IMG/VR virus record: IMGVR_UViG_3300044912_000678
Span: 12,364 to 76,363 of that record
Direction: 5' to 3' (one strand)
DNA from: a virus
Length of the DNA stretch: 64,000 nucleotides
Below are positions 28,558 to 38,343 of the stretch, piece after piece (the first letter of the stretch is position 1; each line of letters begins with the position of its first letter). Position numbers and translations under genes: made by a program. The notes under the pieces are model-generated. The model saw nothing but the letters and a program-made list of their open reading frames with translations, did no database searches and was not told the origin of the DNA.

Positions 28558-28676
28558 TATAGCGTTTGATGAACAAATGTATACATAAATTTCTCTAAAA
28601 AATTACATTTTAAATAACATTATCTTGTCGATATTTGTAAATAACTTCATAGAAGATTTTTCTTTAGTGAGGTTAT

Positions 28677-29189
28677 ATGGCAGAAAATATACGCTGGATA
28701 GCCCAAAAGAATCTTTACTCTTGTGGTCCTATTGCCATTTTAAACACATTAAAATGGATTGGATTTCCCATAAGCTATAAGCAAAATTATAAATTTTGGA
28801 AGAAAAAATGTCGTTGCACAGAAGGTGGAACACATCAACACTACTTTCAAATATGCCTAAACAATATTAAAAACGCAACAATCATTTCGAAAAATCTTCC
28901 AACCATAGCATTAATCGAACAAGCTTTGGCATCTGAGCAAATTATAATTATGAAGTCTTCTTATGTTCTTGATAAAAGAAAAATAGAAGGACATTTCTTT
29001 ATAATATCAAATATGACAGATGAACAGTTTTTCTGCGTAAATGTAGAAGGCAAACATATGTGGTACAATAAAAAATTATTTGCTCAGTATTATTTGCAAT
29101 ACCACAGGGCTTATTGTGACTTTTGTGGAACTTCAAATTTTTGTGGAGTTTCGCCATATGCTTGGTTTGTAAAAAAACAATATGTTTAA
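28677..29189 (+). CDS. C39-like (papain-fold) cysteine peptidase
   Basis: Q--LYSCGPIAILN, GT, EGHF. Confidence 0.65.
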   Translation: MAENIRWIAQKNLYSCGPIAILNTLKWIGFPISYKQNYKFWKKKCRCTEGGTHQHYFQICLNNIKNATIISKNLPTIALIEQALASEQIIIMKSSYVLDKRKIEGHFFIISNMTDEQFFCVNVEGKHMWYNKKLFAQYYLQYHRAYCDFCGTSNFCGVSPYAWFVKKQYV

Positions 29190-29613
29190 GGGAACGATGA
29201 TAATTTCAAAATTAAATGAAGAATCAATAGATCAGAATTTTATTGATACCATTTCAACCTTTCGCCCCTGCATAATTTCAGTGTCTGAGGCAAAAGAAAT
29301 ATATCGCTCACTTCCAATCAATATTGAGATATATATTGCTAAAGATTTAAACAAAACAATAGCTTCTGGAACACTCATGATAGAACAGAAGTTTATTCAC
29401 AATGGCGGAAAAGTTGCTCACATAGAAGATATTATTGTTCATCCAAACTATCGTGGTCGTGGAATTGGAAAATTACTCATAGAACACCTGCTATTTGAAG
29501 CCGATAAAAAAAATTGCTACAAAACTATCTTAGATTGCGATGAAAGTGTAAGTGTATTTTACGAAAAATTTGGCTTTAAAAAATCTTCTTTACAAATGCG
29601 TAAAGATTCATGA
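29182..29613 (+). CDS. GNAT acetyltransferase, glucosamine-6-phosphate N-acetyltransferase (GNA1)-like
   Basis: IEQKFIH-GGKVAHIEDIIV---YRG-GIG, CYKTILDC, FYEKFGF. Confidence 0.85.
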   Translation: MFKGTMIISKLNEESIDQNFIDTISTFRPCIISVSEAKEIYRSLPINIEIYIAKDLNKTIASGTLMIEQKFIHNGGKVAHIEDIIVHPNYRGRGIGKLLIEHLLFEADKKNCYKTILDCDESVSVFYEKFGFKKSSLQMRKDS

Positions 29614-29623
29614 GGAATAAAAT

Positions 29624-30373
29624 ATGAAGGGCGTTATTCTAGCTGGTGGTCTTGGAACCCGTCTCATGCCTCTTACTAAAGTTACAAACAAATGCTTATT
29701 GCCAGTTTACAATAAGCCAATGATTTATTATCCAATAGAAACATTTGTAAACAGTGGCATTACAGACATTCTTATTGTTTGTGGTGGGAATGCTGCTGGT
29801 GAATTTCTTAGAATTCTTGGGAATGGCGAAGCATTTGGTCTAAAGCATCTACACTATACATATCAGGCAGAACCAAAAGGCATTGCCGATGCTCTTGGTT
29901 TGGCAGAAGAATGGGCGAATAACGAACCTATTGCGGTAATTTTGGCTGATAACATCTTTGAAAATGATGTTGAAAAATCAGTTCTAGATTTTGAAGAAAA
30001 TCCAAGTGGTGCAAAAATATTTCTTACGCAGGTAAATAATCCAGAACATTATGGTGTTGTGCAAATAAATTCAAAAGGCGAAGTCGAAAACATTGAAGAA
30101 AAGCCAAAAAATCCAAAGTCAAATTGGATTGCCACTGGTCTTTACATGTACGATTCTTCAGTTTGGAAAATAATCAAAGGATTATCGCCATCTGCAAGAA
30201 ATGAACTTGAAATTACAGATATAAATAAAATGTATTTAAAATTAAAAATGCTAAAAGCAATTGAAGTCGATGGTTGGTGGATGGATGCTGGAGAAAATAT
30301 TGATGGGTATATGGAAGCATGTGTAAAAGCTCAAGCAATTACTCAAAAACAAAAACCCAAGTGCCACAAGTAA
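29624..30373 (+). CDS. rfbA: glucose-1-phosphate thymidylyltransferase (RmlA/SpsI-like)
   Basis: [46 protein letters not shown]. Confidence 0.85.
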   Translation: [249 protein letters not shown]

Positions 30374-30415
30374 AACAGATTTCACAATTTGTATAATTTT
30401 TACAACAACTACAAA

Positions 30416-30961
30416 TCATTTTGGACCTCTTTTTAAATTAACTGGCTTTAATTTATCTTGATGTCTGTCTGGCTGATCTTTCAGATGGTGCATCATATTT
30501 TTAACTTCTTTTGCAATCTCTGATGCATTATCAGCACATTTTTTAGTTGATTGTACAGATATTGTTTTTCTTTCTTTGTTGTAAAATCCTTTAGAAATAA
30601 GAAAACATTTTTCTTTGTCACTCCAGCTTATAACACCAGTCCATTCTCCGTCATCCCAATTTCTTGAACTAACAAGTAATCGCAATGGCTTCTCTTCAAA
30701 TACATGCTTTGTGTGCAATCCCATCTTTTTAAGACCAGCACTGACATAGCCAAGAACTAATTTTGCAAATGCTTCCATTACATCTTCTTTGTTTGTTCTA
30801 TAGTCAACATTAATGCTATAGCGAGATGTTTGAGATGATTCGACAAATATTTTTTTAGTTAATTCTTTAGCAGCAATTGAAAAAACTTCACTTTGAACTT
30901 TTTCAAGTTGTGAATGTAATTCTTCGTGATTTTTAACAAGCCATGTTTTGTAATCTACCAT
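30416..30961 (-). CDS. hypothetical protein (CTS-like N-terminus)
   Basis: Probable start MVDYKTWLVKNHEE, immediately after the neck gene stop. Confidence 0.65.
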   Translation of the reverse strand: MVDYKTWLVKNHEELHSQLEKVQSEVFSIAAKELTKKIFVESSQTSRYSINVDYRTNKEDVMEAFAKLVLGYVSAGLKKMGLHTKHVFEEKPLRLLVSSRNWDDGEWTGVISWSDKEKCFLISKGFYNKERKTISVQSTKKCADNASEIAKEVKNMMHHLKDQPDRHQDKLKPVNLKRGPK

Positions 30962-30962
30962 T

Positions 30963-31835
30963 TTAACCCCAACTTGGACCAAGGATATCGCCAAACTTAT
31001 TGAGTAACTTTTCTTCCCATTCTTTCTTCTCTTGCAATCCTTCTTGCAAAATAGCCTGACCATCTAATTGAACACCGCCATTTGGACCGGGAGGATTTGA
31101 AATTTTACTTCGGATTCTACCAAGAATAATTTTTGTAAATGCCAATGCGCCTTCCTGCATTACTTGTGTAACTTGAGCAAAGTCAGGCTTCTTCTGTAAA
31201 TAGCGAACAATTACAGGATAAACTCTATATGGAGTTGGATAAATCTTAACATTTTGATATCCGCCCAACCATTCCCAACCACCTTGTTGTCCAGAAGCTC
31301 GGTTATACATATCTTCATATTGCTTGTAAAGTACCCACTCATTCATTTTTCCCCATACTGGAGTTTGTGGGTTTACACCACCAGCAATACTACCATACGC
31401 ACCAGCACCCATATATTCTAATGGTATAACGCCACCTAAATCGGCAGCAGAAAAAGCATATTGTGCTGTTTCTTTATAAGAAACGCTTCTAACATATCCA
31501 ATTTCATAAGGCATTTCATAGACTGATTGTCCCGGAACTGTCATGAATGTATAGTACTGAAAATATTCCATTGGTGCATATTCTTCGAATACTTGTAGTG
31601 CGAAGTCAATTGCGTTACTAATTTGCTGATCATCTAATTCTAATGAAATTACTGGTGCGCCAAGCATCGTGAGAACATATTCTCTGATTTGTTCTCTAAC
31701 TTTTAATCTATTTCTTCTTGGTGATATTTTCTTAAGGGGGTCGGTTGGACCAATATCGCTGCAGCCACCACACTCTGATAAACAGTTGTATTGGTCTGAT
31801 GTCGGTCTTGGAATATACAATTTATTAGTGTCCAT
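30963..31835 (-). CDS. T4 gp13-like neck/adaptor protein
   Basis: YVLTMLGAPVISLELDDQQI--AID-AL; KIILGRIRSK---PGP-GGVQLDG--I-QEG. Confidence 0.8.
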   Translation of the reverse strand: MDTNKLYIPRPTSDQYNCLSECGGCSDIGPTDPLKKISPRRNRLKVREQIREYVLTMLGAPVISLELDDQQISNAIDFALQVFEEYAPMEYFQYYTFMTVPGQSVYEMPYEIGYVRSVSYKETAQYAFSAADLGGVIPLEYMGAGAYGSIAGGVNPQTPVWGKMNEWVLYKQYEDMYNRASGQQGGWEWLGGYQNVKIYPTPYRVYPVIVRYLQKKPDFAQVTQVMQEGALAFTKIILGRIRSKISNPPGPNGGVQLDGQAILQEGLQEKKEWEEKLLNKFGDILGPSWG

Positions 31836-31881
31836 ATTACTATATAGATAAAATAATTAGAATCTAAAAGCAGGTAATAAA

Positions 31882-34158
31882 ATGAAATTTTTAAATTTTA
31901 TAAAACGAAAAATTTTTAACGAAATGGCAATTATGGGAGATGTTATTCGTCAACCAATTCGCCTAGATAAAGACGATATTGAGTTTTTATATCAATTTCC
32001 TCCAGAACTTTGGGTTCAAGCAATTAAAAAAAGATATCATGATGATCTTGCAGAAGCTTTAGACGCAAGAGGTAAGGCAAGACTAAGTGACAAAAATAAG
32101 ATTAAAGAATTGGCAATTAAATCTATTAGATCTAGAAATTTCAAACAACTCAATGATGATTATCCACAATATTTTGATGAAAAAACTGTTGACAAATTGC
32201 GTAAAGAATACAACAAAATAGAAAAAAAACATTATCAAGATCAAGGTTCAGAAGAATATGAAAAAGCATTGGAAAATGCTGGGAATGCCATTGCTTATTA
32301 TGCTGTAGAAAAAATTCATCCTCACGCAGAATTAAAGAATGCTCCTAAAATATATGATTTTAAATTTGGACAAAAAAAAGTTACAATTACGGCAAAACCA
32401 TTCATTAATCGGCTTATTCATAAATTAGAAAAAACAAAAGGCGAAGCACATGATAAAGTAGTTGGTCTACATCCAGATGAACATAGTCACGGACAATATG
32501 GTTATGATTTACAAAAGACTTTTTCTGGACATGGTTTACTTCCCGGTGCAACTGAAGGTATGCAATTGATAACCAAAGATATGGCAGAAGAAGCAATTAA
32601 AGAATTATTGAAAGACAATTATCAGCATTATTACGGCAAACTTCCAGATGTTGGCGAAGAGGTAAAATTGCCAGATGGAAGCACTAGAAATATAGAAAAA
32701 GAAGCTCATGTTGTAAAAAAGTTAGGATCAAAAACACATCGAGAAGACAATACAATCGAAGGCGAAGACAAAAGAATAAAACTTCCAACATTCAAACAAA
32801 AAATTACTATGAATGGCGAAACTATTGAAATTGACATGCCATTCATTATGTCAACAAAATATACCAAATATGTTGGTCCAAACAAAGGCAATATTGGAAA
32901 AAGAAAAGATAGAATTGAAATTGATCCTGATGATTACATGAATATGGCTTCTGAAGCCGGTGTAAGTAGTGGTGGATCTTTTACATCTAATAAAAATAGA
33001 GCCGCAGAAAGAAAAAAAGCATTTGGAGTTGCTGGATCTAAAGAAGAAAGAGAAAAAGTTATTGGAGTAATGGAAAAGTATGGTCCAGAAAACAAAGATT
33101 ATCCAGATCTTTATAAAGATATTGTTGCTGGTATTATGCAAGCGATAACGCAAAAAAAATCATATACAGGTATTAGAGATTGGGAATTTACCATTGCGAA
33201 AAATAACATTAAAGAAATTCATGATATGATTTTAAGTAAACTTGAAAATAATATAAGTAACAAAAAATATCATGGAAAAAATTATAAAGCAAATCAGGCA
33301 AGAAGAGATTTTGCAAAAAATGCAACCATTTCAATTCTTGGTCAAAATATACATGGAGGAGAAACAAGAAGATTACGAACTTCTCAAATGGATGCTCCAG
33401 AAATAATTCCAACATCTTTAAGAACACCAAACCAAGAAGAATTAATTTTAAATCTTGATAAAATGTCAAATGAATTATCTGCGACTGGCAGAAAAAGAAT
33501 TGCTGGTGAATTAGCATTTCCTTACACATACCTCAAAAAAATTGTTAAAAACATTGAGGATGAAAGTGCCGAAGCAGAAAAAGCAGATAGAATCATAGGA
33601 CAATCGGCAGACATAGCTCCAGAAGTATTAAAAAAAATATTTGGAGAAAATCATCGTAGAAAAGCACTTTTGATTTCTGCTATGAAAGAAGTTTTGGAAA
33701 AGCTTATTTTTACAAATTCTGCCGGTACATTAAGTACGCCTAAGTCCGAAGAAGAAGCCAACAAAGTTATTACAAATCAAATACTTCCTAAAAAAACAAT
33801 TTCTGCTATGGTGGCTTCTTTCGCTCATTTGACAATGGTTCAAAACGCAATGCGAGAAGAACCAGTTGCTACTATTCCAACTAGAGATTTTGAAAATAAA
33901 CAAAAATATTCTAAATTACCAAAAGACATGCTTGATCCTCGTCAAAGAGCCAAATCAAAAAATTTGCTAGTCTTGCAATCCGATAAAGATTGGTTGGCAC
34001 TTACATTTAAGTATAATTTCATGGTTAATGCTGAAATGGGAACTCTATTATCTATAGAGAAATGGATTAATGATCAATACACAGCTGGTAAGATTCCTAA
34101 TCAATATTATGCTCCAGCAATGGCAGAAATAAAGCATTATAAAAATATCAAGAAATAA
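31882..34158 (+). CDS. large hypothetical protein with CTS-like N-terminus
   Basis: 758-aa ORF starting MKFLNFIKRKIFNEMA. Confidence 0.7.
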   Translation: MKFLNFIKRKIFNEMAIMGDVIRQPIRLDKDDIEFLYQFPPELWVQAIKKRYHDDLAEALDARGKARLSDKNKIKELAIKSIRSRNFKQLNDDYPQYFDEKTVDKLRKEYNKIEKKHYQDQGSEEYEKALENAGNAIAYYAVEKIHPHAELKNAPKIYDFKFGQKKVTITAKPFINRLIHKLEKTKGEAHDKVVGLHPDEHSHGQYGYDLQKTFSGHGLLPGATEGMQLITKDMAEEAIKELLKDNYQHYYGKLPDVGEEVKLPDGSTRNIEKEAHVVKKLGSKTHREDNTIEGEDKRIKLPTFKQKITMNGETIEIDMPFIMSTKYTKYVGPNKGNIGKRKDRIEIDPDDYMNMASEAGVSSGGSFTSNKNRAAERKKAFGVAGSKEEREKVIGVMEKYGPENKDYPDLYKDIVAGIMQAITQKKSYTGIRDWEFTIAKNNIKEIHDMILSKLENNISNKKYHGKNYKANQARRDFAKNATISILGQNIHGGETRRLRTSQMDAPEIIPTSLRTPNQEELILNLDKMSNELSATGRKRIAGELAFPYTYLKKIVKNIEDESAEAEKADRIIGQSADIAPEVLKKIFGENHRRKALLISAMKEVLEKLIFTNSAGTLSTPKSEEEANKVITNQILPKKTISAMVASFAHLTMVQNAMREEPVATIPTRDFENKQKYSKLPKDMLDPRQRAKSKNLLVLQSDKDWLALTFKYNFMVNAEMGTLLSIEKWINDQYTAGKIPNQYYAPAMAEIKHYKNIKK

Positions 34159-34184
34159 ACAGCTACAAAAAATTTGGAGAAAAT

Positions 34185-34451
34185 ATGTCGAATGGAAATT
34201 GGTTTAATTTCATGTCCAACCCGATGGCTCATTACATTAAAAAATCAATGTTTGAACTATTAAAAGAGCGATATGGAAAACACGAACAAATAATTGATAG
34301 AATTGGAAATTCTCTTACCACCGAAAAAGATATGAAAGATTTTATCGCTATGATGATTGACACCTATGAAGTTGGGTTCATCAGAGCTATTGACGAACAA
34401 AGAGATAAATTAGAAAAACTTGGTTTGGGAGTAAGAATTACAGGAAAATAG
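34185..34451 (+). CDS. hypothetical protein
   Basis: 88-aa ORF with GGAG RBS. Confidence 0.65.
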   Translation: MSNGNWFNFMSNPMAHYIKKSMFELLKERYGKHEQIIDRIGNSLTTEKDMKDFIAMMIDTYEVGFIRAIDEQRDKLEKLGLGVRITGK

Positions 34452-34453
34452 AA

Positions 34454-35044
34454 TTAAACATTTTCAAAATGTGGCTGATAAGAAGATGGGTAGCAAGAAT
34501 ATACATAACCACCCGTCTTCTGTTCTCTATCAACTATCTTCCACCATCTTTTATGATTGGTTTTAGGAAATATAACGCTTTCTTTATCCATTTCTGTTGT
34601 TGTCCAAAAATTCAAAAATAAATCATGTTCTTCTGTAATAACCGCCTCAAAAGAAAAAGGATTTCCGTAAGTAACTGTTACAAATTCTTCATCATACAAA
34701 TTATCAATCTTTTTTTGAAGTATTGATGGCAAACAATAAATAAATGATTTTTTCAAACCATCATCTTCTTTTTCTTTTATTTTTTCTTTTTCTTTTATTA
34801 CAACAGGTTTTCTTTCAATTATTGGCTCTTCTTTTGGTGGTTGAGTCATGTTTAATTCATCTATAAATTTGTCTTTTATAGAAAAATCAGTGTTTAAAGG
34901 CTCTATTTTTATAGTGTCTTCTTGAACAACTGGATTCCATTTCATGTTGTGAATTGTATACTTAGTCCAAACATTTTGCTCTTTTAAAAGCAAATTAGGA
35001 CCACGAAGCCTATAGACAGAACCATCTTTATTTTTTAGTACCAT
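34454..35044 (-). CDS. hypothetical late protein
   Basis: N-terminus MVLKNKDGSVY resembles MALKNTDGTCY of 37195; TAAATA upstream. Confidence 0.65.
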   Translation of the reverse strand: MVLKNKDGSVYRLRGPNLLLKEQNVWTKYTIHNMKWNPVVQEDTIKIEPLNTDFSIKDKFIDELNMTQPPKEEPIIERKPVVIKEKEKIKEKEDDGLKKSFIYCLPSILQKKIDNLYDEEFVTVTYGNPFSFEAVITEEHDLFLNFWTTTEMDKESVIFPKTNHKRWWKIVDREQKTGGYVYSCYPSSYQPHFENV

Positions 35045-35120
35045 ACTATTCTATTTAAGGAAAATTAGAAAAAAAATTATCATTATCTTCTAAATAAGAC
35101 ACAGTCAAAGGAGAATTAAC

Positions 35121-35549
35121 ATGAGTTTACTTGTACCTGATGTTGGCGAAATTTTAATGTTGCAGTATCTTGTAAATATGATTTCTACAGATGGAACTGC
35201 TGCTCCAGCTAATGGCGAAAGACTTTTACGATTATTTACGAACAATCTTACACCAGTAGAAGGAACTACTCTTTCAACCGTTACGGAAGCAGTTGGCTCT
35301 ACTGGATATGCACCAGTAACATTAGTTGGATCAAGCTGGACGACCACTCAATCTGTTGGCGTTACCACTGCAGTTTATAGCGAACAAACATTCACATTTA
35401 CAACTGCGGTAACTGTTTATGGTTACTATGTAACGACCATTTATGGATCTCCAGCCTTATTATGGCTCGAAAGATTCTCTGGTGCGCCTTTCATTTTGCC
35501 AAGTGGTGGCGGTCAAATTGCAATTAGTCCAAGAATAAGTTTAGACTAA
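35121..35549 (+). CDS. putative virion structural protein
   Basis: LRLFTNNLTP, GYAPVTL----W, QTFTFT---TVYGYYV, ERF; TAAATA and AAGGAG upstream. Confidence 0.65.
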   Translation: MSLLVPDVGEILMLQYLVNMISTDGTAAPANGERLLRLFTNNLTPVEGTTLSTVTEAVGSTGYAPVTLVGSSWTTTQSVGVTTAVYSEQTFTFTTAVTVYGYYVTTIYGSPALLWLERFSGAPFILPSGGGQIAISPRISLD

Positions 35550-35567
35550 TAAATATAAAAATTATGT

Positions 35568-35599
35568 AGAGACTAATTGAAAAATTAGTCTCTTTTTTT
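35568..35599 (+). terminator. intrinsic terminator
   Basis: AGAGACTAATT-gaaa-AATTAGTCTCT followed by a T run. Confidence 0.75.
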
Positions 35600-35635
35600 A
35601 TTTATTGTACATAAATAAGCCTGAGAGGTAAATAT

Positions 35636-37192
35636 ATGATTAATATTTTATTTAGAAAATGGTTCTTAGAGAACGACACATTCACAATTTCTTTATTCAA
35701 TAATTCAATTAACGAAGCGAAAAAAATGGGAGGAGAAGGTTTTTTAGATGAATTATCCTTAGAGTATTATGAAAAAGAAATTAAATATAGAATCAAACAA
35801 TTCGCAGATAGGTTGAAAGATAAAGAAAAAATAAAACAAATTGTTCCTTTTAGCATATTAGAAGATTTAGCTAAACAAAAAAAAATTACAATTAATGTAC
35901 TTATAGACGATATACATAAGGCTGCAAATAAATATAACAAAGATGAAGATGAAATAAAATATACTTCTTTTTTGCAAAATTTGCACATTCATAAAATGCA
36001 TCCAAGTGGATCAGATGCTTTAGCGACTTCTCTTTTTCAAAAAATAAAATCTAAAACCAAACCAAATTACATTTATCGTAGTCTTAAGACAGTGGATAAA
36101 ATTATTGATAATGATAAATCAGAACTTAAAAATCCTCCAGAAAATCCAAAAATTGGAGATAGGCACCAAGCCCAAGGTTACACATGGAAATTCATGAGTG
36201 ACAGAACATGGATAAAAATTAGAAAAGACACAGACGAGTATGAAGGAACAGAATTGTTAAATATGTTTAATAGAAGCAAATTAGATCGTCCTATGTTGAA
36301 AGCAATTTTGCATTATTATGATAATGATTATTTTAATGAAAAAGAAGTCATGAAAGACTTTGAAGGTTCATGTAAATATATTGGAAGAAATCAATTGAAA
36401 AAAGATATTGGAAAAGATGCAATGGTGAAAGCCGATCCATACAAAGGAGATAAAACCAAAATATTTGAAAGAGCAAAAATTAAATTTCCTAATCCAGAAA
36501 TAGATAGTATCTATAAAGACGAAGAAACTAACACTACTTGGAATTGGATTTATTCAAAGAAAACAAAAGGCATGGGATGGAAAGAAATTCTAAAACAAAA
36601 ACCAATTTCACATATTAGCTTACACGGTGAAGACGGAGATGACCTTGAAGTAGAAGGAAGAGAAAAAGAAGAAAATCCATTAGATCCAGAGAGTGAATAT
36701 AGTTCTAAAGAATATGATGCTGAAATTAAAAAGTATGGTGATTACGAAGTCACAAAACCATTTGGCATTAAAAGTCCTCAAAAAAAACCAACAACAGATC
36801 AAAAAAACACAATAAGAGATATTGTTTCAGGTCTAGAATCATTTAAAAGCTATTTAGAAACCACCACAACATTGGCGAATGATATACCAAAATCTAAAAC
36901 CAGATATGGTTATATTAAAAAAGATAATACCGAAAAAGATAATTTTTCTGTGTACGAATTTTACCGTAAAATTTTTATTGAACTTACTGATGATTTTATC
37001 TCACAAATCAAAGGTGGAAAAAATTCATCTGATGTACAAAAGACTTTTCCAAAGTGGTTTGCAAATAAAGAAATTTTATTGCCTAGCAATGCTAAAAAAA
37101 TAGCACTCTGGTCGAGATTTACAAAAGAAAAATATAACTATGAGCTTGAATCATATGCATATAAAAATAATTTTAAAATAAAAGATAAATAA
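35636..37192 (+). CDS. hypothetical protein with CTS-like N-terminus
   Basis: MINILFRKWFLEN; two P-NP-I-D...TW...W modules. Confidence 0.7.
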   Translation: MINILFRKWFLENDTFTISLFNNSINEAKKMGGEGFLDELSLEYYEKEIKYRIKQFADRLKDKEKIKQIVPFSILEDLAKQKKITINVLIDDIHKAANKYNKDEDEIKYTSFLQNLHIHKMHPSGSDALATSLFQKIKSKTKPNYIYRSLKTVDKIIDNDKSELKNPPENPKIGDRHQAQGYTWKFMSDRTWIKIRKDTDEYEGTELLNMFNRSKLDRPMLKAILHYYDNDYFNEKEVMKDFEGSCKYIGRNQLKKDIGKDAMVKADPYKGDKTKIFERAKIKFPNPEIDSIYKDEETNTTWNWIYSKKTKGMGWKEILKQKPISHISLHGEDGDDLEVEGREKEENPLDPESEYSSKEYDAEIKKYGDYEVTKPFGIKSPQKKPTTDQKNTIRDIVSGLESFKSYLETTTTLANDIPKSKTRYGYIKKDNTEKDNFSVYEFYRKIFIELTDDFISQIKGGKNSSDVQKTFPKWFANKEILLPSNAKKIALWSRFTKEKYNYELESYAYKNNFKIKDK

Positions 37193-37194
37193 AA

Positions 37195-37737
37195 ATGGCA
37201 TTAAAAAATACAGATGGAACTTGTTATAAGCCTTTAGGAAGTGTGCAACAGTACAATCCCAATGCACCAGAACATGATCTTTTCAATCAATGGGATCAAG
37301 AATCTATCAGGCGTGGTGGATCTCCTTTGTATTACTATGAAGTTTTTATTCAACAACAAACTGTAGATCCACTTTATTTGGAAGATCGTGGTAAAATATT
37401 TTCAAACAATCCAATTCAATTGTGGTGTAGTTACGAACCAATACCATCTCAAAATGCATTAAGTCAATTTGGTATAGATTCACCAGACGAAATGGTATTT
37501 GAAGTAAATTACAAGGCTGTTCTTCAATCTATAGGACATCCTCCAAAGATTGGATCAAGAATTTTTAGTCCTCACTTAAGAGAAAATTGGGTAATTATCC
37601 AACGAAACTTAGGTGAGTTTAAATTGTGGGGAGCATTAAGAATGGAACTCATTTGTCAGAGATTCCAAGAATCTGTTACGACTGGCGAAGGCGAAGTTAC
37701 ACAGAAACAACCAGACCTTAAAATTAAAATTGTATAG
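37195..37737 (+). CDS. T4 gp14-like neck/head-closure protein
   Basis: ESIRRGG-PLYYY, DPLYLED--KIF, LSQFGIDSPDEM-F, PKIG. Confidence 0.7.
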   Translation: MALKNTDGTCYKPLGSVQQYNPNAPEHDLFNQWDQESIRRGGSPLYYYEVFIQQQTVDPLYLEDRGKIFSNNPIQLWCSYEPIPSQNALSQFGIDSPDEMVFEVNYKAVLQSIGHPPKIGSRIFSPHLRENWVIIQRNLGEFKLWGALRMELICQRFQESVTTGEGEVTQKQPDLKIKIV

Positions 37738-37745
37738 GAGATTTC

Positions 37746-38195
37746 ATGGGTATATTTTTTGAATTCTTAGAAAAAATTCGTATTGAAAAAATGTTATTAG
37801 AACAAGATGCACCACAAGGATCGCCACAAGGTGGTAATCCTCAAGATCAAGGAAATATGACAGCACCAGACGCTCCTCCAGAACAGCAAGATTCAAGTTC
37901 TGGTCAAGGCGAAGAAAGTGGTCTATCTCCAACTGCTCATGACGATAATTTTTCAAAATTAATTGATATTATGAAACAAGCTTTGCCAGATTTGAAACCA
38001 GAAAATAGAAAAATTATTGATGCATTTTTAAAAACAAATAATTTATCTGGCGGAGATGAACCTAAAAAAGATTCCCAAGACCAAGACCAAAGTCAGGGTC
38101 AAGACCAAAGTCAGGGTCAAGCACCGCCAACAGGAATGGGCGATCAATCAGGAATGCCAGCACAACCTAACCAGATGGCTGCTCCACAAATGTAG
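37746..38195 (+). CDS. Q/G/P-rich protein with CTS-like N-terminus
   Basis: MGIFFEFLEKIRIEKMLLEQ; QDQSQG duplication. Confidence 0.65.
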   Translation: MGIFFEFLEKIRIEKMLLEQDAPQGSPQGGNPQDQGNMTAPDAPPEQQDSSSGQGEESGLSPTAHDDNFSKLIDIMKQALPDLKPENRKIIDAFLKTNNLSGGDEPKKDSQDQDQSQGQDQSQGQAPPTGMGDQSGMPAQPNQMAAPQM

Positions 38196-38343
38196 TGAAG
38201 TTTTGTTTTTCATATAGATTAGGCTTATGTACATTTGTTATAAGCGACAAAGGTATTTTTGGCTGTATCAGTCTTTCGCTTTGAAAGATCAAGGGTTTAT
38301 AACTCTTGGTCTTTTTTTTCAGTTTGAATGGTGGGATTTTCAT
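38167..38343 (-). CDS. small basic hypothetical protein (58 aa, below ORF-track cutoff)
   Basis: MKIPPFKLKKKTKSYKPLIF...QPSG; AAGGA RBS; fills an intergenic gap. Confidence 0.45.
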   Translation of the reverse strand: MKIPPFKLKKKTKSYKPLIFQSERLIQPKIPLSLITNVHKPNLYEKQNFTTFVEQPSG

